A stretch of DNA of 64,000 nt, from NCBI RefSeq assembly GCF_009914755.1, contig NC_060927.1. The stretch is one strand, 5' to 3'. This document shows positions 56,011-64,000 of this stretch, piece after piece. The translations under genes and the position numbers were made by a program. The first letter of the stretch is position 1; every line of letters starts with the position of its first letter. The stretch is from the human T2T-CHM13v2.0 reference genome, Homo sapiens. Below the pieces are notes generated by a model. It saw nothing but the letters and a program-made list of their open reading frames with translations. It did no database searches and was not told the origin of the DNA.

Positions 56011-57540
56011 AAAGACTGCAGATGTTTGCAATGGTAATAGGGGCTGATAGAGATCATCTGCTTCCCTTTTCCTTGCAATAGGAAATCCCTCCTGTCTATG
56101 GGTTGATCAGATTTGGGCAAAAGAGATGGGGATGCAAAGGCTCTGTGTCTTCATGCTGCCTTCCTGGACTTCCAATCACCACAGGTCCATCGCCACTCCC
56201 CTACTGCACTCCAGCACTCTGCTTTTGACACTTCAGTAAAATCTTAGCTGTTTATTTGTTGCCTTGGTCCTTTATTTTCAGGGGGATGAATGCCAGGCAT
56301 ATCTCTAAGTCAGTCATCTTGCTTTTCTACATCTCTTTATTTACAGGAGAGAAGGTTGTTACCATCCTTGGTGATGAAGGAAACAGATAGCTCATGTTGA
56401 CAGGCATCAGTCCTCAATAAGTGCAGGTAAGAGGGATCATAGGCAGCAACAGAATTCTGAGGTATCTCTGTGTGAGCAAAGAGCTTTTCCAGTAAATTGC
56501 ACCATGACAGTCTGCTAAAGGCATAATTTATATGATCACCAAATGGCTTCTCAATTAGTCTTTCTGTTAACATTCCTACATTATCTCCATACCAGCTTGT
56601 TTCTTAGGTAATGCTCAGCCAAACAGAAATCAGATTTTGGAACCAAATCAGATTTTCTTCTATAGCCCCAGAAAAGACTCTGCTTAGAATAAGCAAGGAG
56701 AAAGAAAAAAAAATGGGAAGAGAAAGAGATATGTAGAGGAAGAAAAGAGAAAGAAAAATTGGAAAAAAAAAAAATCTAAAACAAGCACTAGATTCAAGTT
56801 TGGCATCTATCGCAGGACATACTCAACATTAAGAGGGGGCAGAAAACAAATGGGGAGGGGGACAGCTTTCCAACTCCCCAAATCAGGTTGTCACCATGTG
56901 ACTTCATTATCTCGGTTGAAATATTGTGAACTCATCCCACCATTTGGTGTGAATAACTGAGTTATCATCAAGATAACCTTGAAATGCATATCACGTGTAC
57001 ATTTCAGATAAGGTTTGTTTAATCAGCACAGGAATAATAAACACTTTGCTAGGTGCTCAGTATTACCTCCATCTTGAACTCTTACAAACTTGAACCCAAC
57101 TTAACATGAAGCAGGGATCAAAACGTCCATCAGGCCATTCCAGGTTGAAAATCCTATGATGCCAGAGGCATTCGGGGAAATTCTAAGTAAAGCATAGAAG
57201 AATCTCAGGGCTATGTTAAGGTCACTAACTGGCCTCACTGCTTCACCTAGACAGCCCTGTTTTTCAACAAACTACAACTGCCGGGTTTGATGGTGATTAT
57301 GGGGATTTTGTACATAGCTAAAGTTATACTATGAAGTATTTTTGAAGTATTTTGAGAATTACTTGTAAATTATCGTTTGCATGCTTAACTGATAGCCTTC
57401 ATTATGAGAAAGACCATATTTAATAAAAATTGTATGTAATTTAAAAATTAATTCAGACTTGAATAAAGTCTGTTGATTGATTAATATTATTGTATCAATA
57501 TAAACTTTCTAATTTTGATAACTATACTCTCATTGTATAA

Positions 57541-57902
<362 letters not shown>

Positions 57903-58739
57903 TGTAAATTATTTATAAGCTGGAATTACTTGAAAGTGAAACATTAAAAGGAAGTTTTGAAATATTTAAAAAGGTAATTAACAGGGCTTGGCAATTTCTC
58001 CATTATTTGCACTCAGAAAAGGGGCTCTTTCAGCCTCTCTCTTTTGCTGACAAGATGATGAAATCCACGTAAGTCAGATGAAAGAATGAATGCAAAAGTC
58101 CTTGCTGAAGTAAACTGCTAAGCAAATGCTAATAGTGATCATTATAGTCCCATATGGAGCTGCTTCTCTATAAATAAAGGGAGGAACAAGCCATTGTACC
58201 AAATACCTTATCAGATACTCTCCAAGCAGTTTACAAAATGCTTAGAAATTGCTGCCCTAAAAGTAGGACTGGGGAGCTATTGAAAGGTTTTCAGCAAGGC
58301 AGGCAGGCATATAACAACAGCAATCCTTCAAGATGACTCCTCAAGCTTTTAATACATAGGATGGAGGAAGTGGAGGAGATTGGACTCAACAAATCCCACT
58401 AGGAGTTACTTTAATAATTGAGGAGTGGATGGTCCTCACTGAGTGGGCCTGGAAAGGAATAAACCAAGCTGAGAGGCATGGTGAAGAGCTCATCGTCTGG
58501 GCGGGACTACCTTGCAGGTGGGAGAGGAAGGAGACAAATGAGTCTGTGGTTACTTGAAGACATTTCACCAAGATGACTGGGGCAAATGCTTCTCAGTGTC
58601 ACTGAGAGATGGAAAATGAAAAACAGGAAAGACAATTCATAGAGGTTGGGCTGCAAACTCAAGTGGCAGCAGAGGCCAGGCAGGTGCAAAAGGGGGAAGA
58701 CAGGCCGTGGGGTCTGCAAAACTGCAAGAGTCGTCTCTC

Positions 58740-58987
58740 TAAAGAGGGTGCCTCCAAGGGGCCTGCCACAACTCAGCATCAGCCGTCCTTGCCATATGGG
58801 AATGCACTTGTGGTGTAACTAGATCTTCCATTTTTTCAAGAGAAGCCAGAAATTCAGATTTTATGTGAAATCTCTTAACTTTTTAATGCTAGCTACTAAT
58901 TTTAAAACGTGTTAAAGCATGGTGTCTGCCAGCCAAGTACATCTATGGGCCAGATCTGGCAGGGTGGCTATCAAGTTGTGACCTCTG
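58740..58987. mobile_element. MER102-like hAT DNA transposon
   Basis: agatcttcc..ttttcaagagaagccagaaattcagattttatgtgaaatctc..tgtgacctctg. Confidence 0.6.
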
Positions 58988-59539
58988 ACATAGAGAAAAT
59001 GTCAAGGGTCAAAGTTCATAGACTGTTAAGGTTACATAGAGAGACAGTGACTGTAAAGGGATTCAGTACCTAAAATGCTACGGATGCAGCTTTGCCAGCA
59101 ATCTGAGCTGTATGACATATGCCCCTATCCTTCAAGCCTGTATATGGATTTGAATTTATACAGGAAGTTTCATCTAATCCTCAAATGGTTAAATCACAAG
59201 AATTTGAGTGCTTTCTGTGTGCTGAGTACACAGAAGTTAAAGAATTTAAAATCTAACTGGAGAAGAAAAAAACATGCCCTCTTGAAACAACTTGAAACAA
59301 ATTATGAAAGAACCTGGGAGACTGCTTTCTTCACATTTCATGTGTCAGAGGCATCTTAAATCCTGGTTTGTCCCCCCCAAATCACTTCCATTTAGAAAAC
59401 TTTGCAGTAGTGTGTGTGTGTGTCTTGAATATGTAACCAGAAATCTGATTTCCTGGGCAGTGGTTACAAAGCTGCAGCCTCTCTTTGCCCAGGGGTATCT
59501 TTACCCCAGAGTGGGAGGGGAGTGAGCTGAGGTGGGGGT

Positions 59540-60720
59540 GCACGAACGCTGCAGAGGAGGTTGGGATGGGAGTGGCCGGCGTGAAGCCACTGCCTGTCAG
59601 GTTTCTCCGCTGGAGTCCCCTGTTTGTCTCTGTCATTACTCTTTAAGTATTTGCGTAGCAGACAGGCGGGCACCGAAATAGAAAGTGTCAAAGATACGAT
59701 GACAATGAGGATAAAACCAGGGCAGAGGGTTCTGAAAGTCCCAACCAGCACGGTCCCCGCAGAATGCCAGCGCACCTCCTCCCGCCACTTCAAAGAGCCG
59801 GCTCGGCGGGGCAGGAAGCGGCGGCTGCGGCTGCGGGTCCTGCGAGAAGAGCGCGATTTCCTCCGGGGCTGCCCAGTTATCTCTGGAGTCGCAGAACTGC
59901 TCTCGGGAGAACGCGTTCTCTACCCCAACCCCGTGCTCCTCAACCCACCCACCTACTTCCTCTAGCTCCACACACTCACAAGCACCGAGCTGCCAAAAAT
60001 TTCCACCCACCGCCCCCCTCCCTAGCTAACTTCCTTCCAGCATTTCCTGAGCTGGATGATCCTAGGATTTGTAAGACAGGAAAAAAAGGAAGGCGTGAGG
60101 GCGGGCAGCAGCGACAGGATGCTTGTTTTTCGCTCTACCAAAGTCGTCTGAAGGCGAGACAGCGGGCCCAGGGCGCAGGACCCACCGCAGCCCCCTGGGC
60201 AGTCTCCTCGCCCCGCGTCCGCGTCGTCTCCGGGGCACTTAGTAAGGGGTGGGGAGAGCTTGCCCTCCCTCTTAAGCTGAGGAGAAACACCCGAAGACAC
60301 CGCAGGAGCCTGTGAAAGTCCCTAGGACTCCAAGTGAGGAAGTGACACTCCCAGGCGAGCCGGCCCGCGGCTGCCAGTCTGCACGGCCTCGGCACGGCGG
60401 CCCCGGAGCGGCGCGGGGTGGATCTCAGGCTCTGCCGGCCCGCGGCCCGCGGGGTCCATGCGCAGGGCCCCCAGCCCAAGTTCTTCCATCTTCCGATGCG
60501 GCCCCCCAGAGCCGCGGGGCAGCCGGTGATCTAGCCCGGGAGCCCATCTTACAGCGGTGCCAAGCAGAGGGGCGGCAGAGACGGAGGGGCAGCCTCTTTG
60601 GGACTAACTCATGAAGAACAAGGGTGCTAAGCAGAAGCTGAAACGAAAGGGAGCCGCCAGCGCGTTTGGCTGTGACCTGACGGAGTATCTGGAAAGCTCG
60701 GGACAGGATGGTAATGTGCC
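59540..60720 (+). promoter_or_regulatory. ARHGAP31: CpG-island promoter and 5' UTR of ARHGAP31
   Basis: Dense CpG, GC boxes and GGAA (ETS-like) motifs directly upstream of the ARHGAP31 start codon. Confidence 0.88.
60611..60710 (+). CDS. ARHGAP31: ARHGAP31 (CdGAP, Rho GTPase-activating protein 31), first coding exon
   Basis: ATG at 60611 gives MKNKGAKQKLKRKGAASAFGCDLTEYLESSGQD plus 1 nt, the recognised CdGAP N-terminus (polybasic region then start of the RhoGAP domain); in-frame TAA at 60605; donor G|gtaatg at 60711. Confidence 0.95.
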
Positions 60721-63613
60721 TTGGCCTTTCTCCCCCGCCCCCACCTTCTTTTTGTTTGAGGGAGAGACGGACTCTCTCGAGTTGTGATAGAGTCGGTTCA
60801 CAAGTTAATGTATTCCAGGCCTGTGCGCTCATTGCACTTTTTTTTCTTTTTTTTTTTTAAAGAACATAAACGATTCTTAAGGTGCACAGCGCTGCTGTCC
60901 CGACGCGCAGAGGCTGCTGTGTCAGTCCTTCCGTTTGCCTCACACAAGCTGTTAATGGGTGGTACTGCCGCAAGTTTACCGGGCCACCTCAGGGGATGGG
61001 GGTGGAAGCTGCAGAGGTCCCAATCCTAAACTTGGCACGTTGGAAGGGAGGGAGGAGGGGTGGACATGTGGGATGGTGATCAGTGGTCTTGCCTGGGTAC
61101 AAAATCATGACCGCCTTAGCTGTCCCTCCTGGGCTCTCCAATTTCGTCTGCTCACATCTTTTTTTATTAATGTGTTAGAAGGCAGTTGCGGGTGGGGGGT
61201 GGGGGAGGATCCTGGCTGGGGGAGTGGTTGCACAAACATTTCTGAATTTCTGAGCTGATGCCAAATATATAGTACCTCCACCCCCTTTCCACAACCCCCT
61301 CCCCGCCCTGCAAGACCTTTTCCCTCCTCTTGGCTTTCAGATTAACATTTGGTGTGTCAGACAAGAAGAGTGTTGTAAAAAGGTCAGAGGGCCTCCATTT
61401 TTAAATAGTTTAGGGTAAGTAGAGAAAAGGAAAACTTCTCTGTTTTCAAGGTCAGATGGGGGTAGGGGGGAGTTGGGGATGGGGGAATCCAGCGGAGACA
61501 ATTTAAACATTTGTTGGGGAAGGGGGAAAGAAAACACCATCTAGATTACAATAACAGCGTTTGAGCTTAGAAGTGTTTAATCATAGGAAAGTTGGAAAAT
61601 TGAGCATTAAATGACTCCTTTTGTAAGGTTGACTGGTTTTGCACTTACCCTTGACAAAAAGGCCTTGTCTTCAGAAGCTTCAGCGAGAGGAAAATAGCCT
61701 ACTATATAGGCCATGTGTTTATACATAGATAGATACAACAAAGGGGAAAACTAAGGGCTGTGTAACCGTGCGGAATAATTCTGCCTCCAGGAAAATAATC
61801 TCAAAACCTATTTGATTAGTCCATATCGAATATGCATTTCAAAAACAGTGCAATGCTTTTGTTTCACTTCTGTGTTTTGGGAGACTCAGCACCACCTAGT
61901 AATTTGCAGTGGTGTGATATTCCTGTGGTATTCTAGAGTTCAGTCTGCTGTGTCATTAGGACAAATAGCTTAGGATTTTAGAGCTTGGAGAACCACAGGT
62001 TTCAAAACTGACTCTTTTGAAATTGATGCATAACTTAACACTTCATTGAATCCTCACCAACCATCTGGAGAGGTAGATTTGAGATAAAAATCACTTGGTT
62101 TGAGTTTTTTTGAGTGTGAGAAAACTCCAAGTATGCCTCTTAACCACTATCGTCAGAAGTTTACAATGAAAGGTTCCTCTTCACCTATTTTTGCAGGGGC
62201 CTTCAAGTTAACCTCCAGGTACACTAGGAATGCTCCTGGGATGCCACCTTTCACCATGCGGGTGTTATTCTGGCCCCTCCCTCAAATCTGTGAGAGTTGC
62301 ATAGGGGTGCTTGCCAGCCCTGTTCGTTCTTACAAACTAATAGATTATAGGATGAGCCAGAACCCCAGGGTTCTATGAAGATATGTCAAAGGCAGCTTTA
62401 GGCAGCTGTTCTTTCACCTGCTTTATATTTTGGGCTTCTGCATATGTTTCATTTAGACAAAAAAAAACAGAGACTACTGCTTAAAAGAATGGCAAACCAG
62501 TACCCCGGGTTCCCCACCCTGGGGAGGGGGAAAAGAAGCCCAGAGGGGTAAATTGGCCTGCCTGAGGTTGTACAGCTAATCATGAAGGATCGGAGGGCCC
62601 TCCCTGGCCTGTTAGGTTCCTCTGCCCTCCCTGGCTTCTGTGTCTAAGCCAACATTCTCTTCTAATGATATTTTCCCCCTAAATTGAAAGCAGACAGCCC
62701 TGCTACAGGATCAGCAAACTTTGAAGACTGAACATACCTGATGAGAGTTCAGCTTTGAAAGGAAACGCAACTGACCCACTTAATGATCCACACACTGTTA
62801 TTGTGCTACACGGAAATTAGACATGCATAATATACTGCTTATGGAAATAAGAGTAATTAGAATTTATTTTTTCCCTCAGCTAAAACTAGTTGGATGGTTT
62901 TTTTCTGTGTATTTGTGATAGTGTAGCATCAATGAACAAAGTCAGTGCTAATGGTTTTCTCTAAAGTAATGTTGCTTCTTTGTGGACTCTCCCAAACATG
63001 TATTGATTCATAGACAAGGCCTGGACTCTGCTTCTGGGAGGAAAAGCTGAGCTGGGAACTGGCCCTCTGCCCACCACCTTGGAAGATCAGCCCAGAATGC
63101 TGAGGGTGACAAGTCAGTGTGGTAACTGGGAGCCAGGGGGCTGGAGAAGGGCTCCCTGGACTGACATCATGGTTACTGAACTTTGAAGGTCAAAGGTGGT
63201 GCAGTAGACCTGCATTGAGAGGAAAGATAGGTTCAGGTTTGGGAGTACAAGGGGAGAAGACCAAAGATTTAGGGAGGCAAAGAGAGCTCCTGTCTTTGGA
63301 CAGGGAAGGAAAGCCTTGAGTTGGAGTGGAGGACAAAGCGGGGTGATGATGAGCTATGCTCAGGGCATCTGAACATGGGGACGCCACATGCTTGAGTGGG
63401 AACTTTGGAGAGACAAAGGCTGAAGACAGAATGAATGTCATATGCTTCTGTAATTTGCTGAGGCTCAGCCCTGCTACTTTCAGCTGGACAAACCTGACAA
63501 GGCTGGGTGTGTGGTTTACAAATAGGTGTTCAGCTTAGGGCAGACATTGCTCAGGGCCAGTTGTCAACCTTAATCTTTGGGAAGCTGATGAGAAACAGAA
63601 ACCCTTTCCTTAG

Positions 63614-63615
<2 letters not shown>

Positions 63616-63651
<36 letters not shown>
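63616..63651. repeat. (AC)n microsatellite, about 18 units, in ARHGAP31 intron 1
   Basis: Perfect acac run. Confidence 0.98.
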
Positions 63652-63652
<1 letters not shown>

Positions 63653-64000
63653 GTGTATGCAATTTCTGCAGGTATCTACATAGATGCCAATTTCAGACCC
63701 TGCTGTGATCACCCCTCACTGGCTACACAGGGGGGCCTGATATCCAGGACCAATTTTCCCCCTTCTTTGACCACTTTTCTCTAACTTGGTAAGAAGGGAG
63801 CAATGAACACTCTTAGCCAGGTAAGAACACTCAAGAATGGCATGAAGTGGCTCCTGGCAGACTTGCCAAGAGCCTCTTGCACTTCCCCTCCAACACAGTG
63901 GCTGCTGCCCCCAACCCCCAGCTCTCCCCTGGGAACCAGCTAACTTTCTCTTCCTGTCTGGAATAAAGGGAGATCATCCCTTCCTTACTGCTGCTGCTGA

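Noticed and set aside
59464-60479. ORFs of 92-183 aa across the ARHGAP31 promoter
   Set aside because: CpG-island artefacts with no domain signal; the true CDS begins at 60611

Overview
Primate, very likely human, genomic DNA from the divergent intergenic interval between B4GALT4 (minus strand) and ARHGAP31/CdGAP (plus strand). B4GALT4 contributes a CpG-island promoter and three non-coding 5' exons in 0.8-6.8 kb; its CDS lies left of the window. ARHGAP31 contributes a CpG-island promoter and its first coding exon at 60611-60710 (MKNKGAKQKLKRKGAASAFGCDLTEYLESSGQD). The ~53 kb between the promoters is almost all transposable elements. It holds a degenerate MER4-group ERV1 provirus with nested insertions (SVA with a 3' transduction, L1PA fragment, full-length L1PB, THE1 LTR, Alus, and an LTR2-family solo LTR in its primer-binding site), a near full-length L1PA8, a complete two-LTR MSTA provirus, older L1M elements, DNA transposons and many Alus. 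Nearly all ORFs in the supplied track are TE-derived or spurious. I find no new protein-coding system. The strongest observations are structural or regulatory: the SVA 3' transduction next to the B4GALT4 promoter, an ancient inverted duplication at 24.4-25.7 kb, the insertion into the ERV PBS, a templated insertion inside an L1, and uORF-rich leaders of both genes. Repeat subfamily names and gene identities come from recall of consensus/mRNA sequences and need RepeatMasker/BLAT confirmation.
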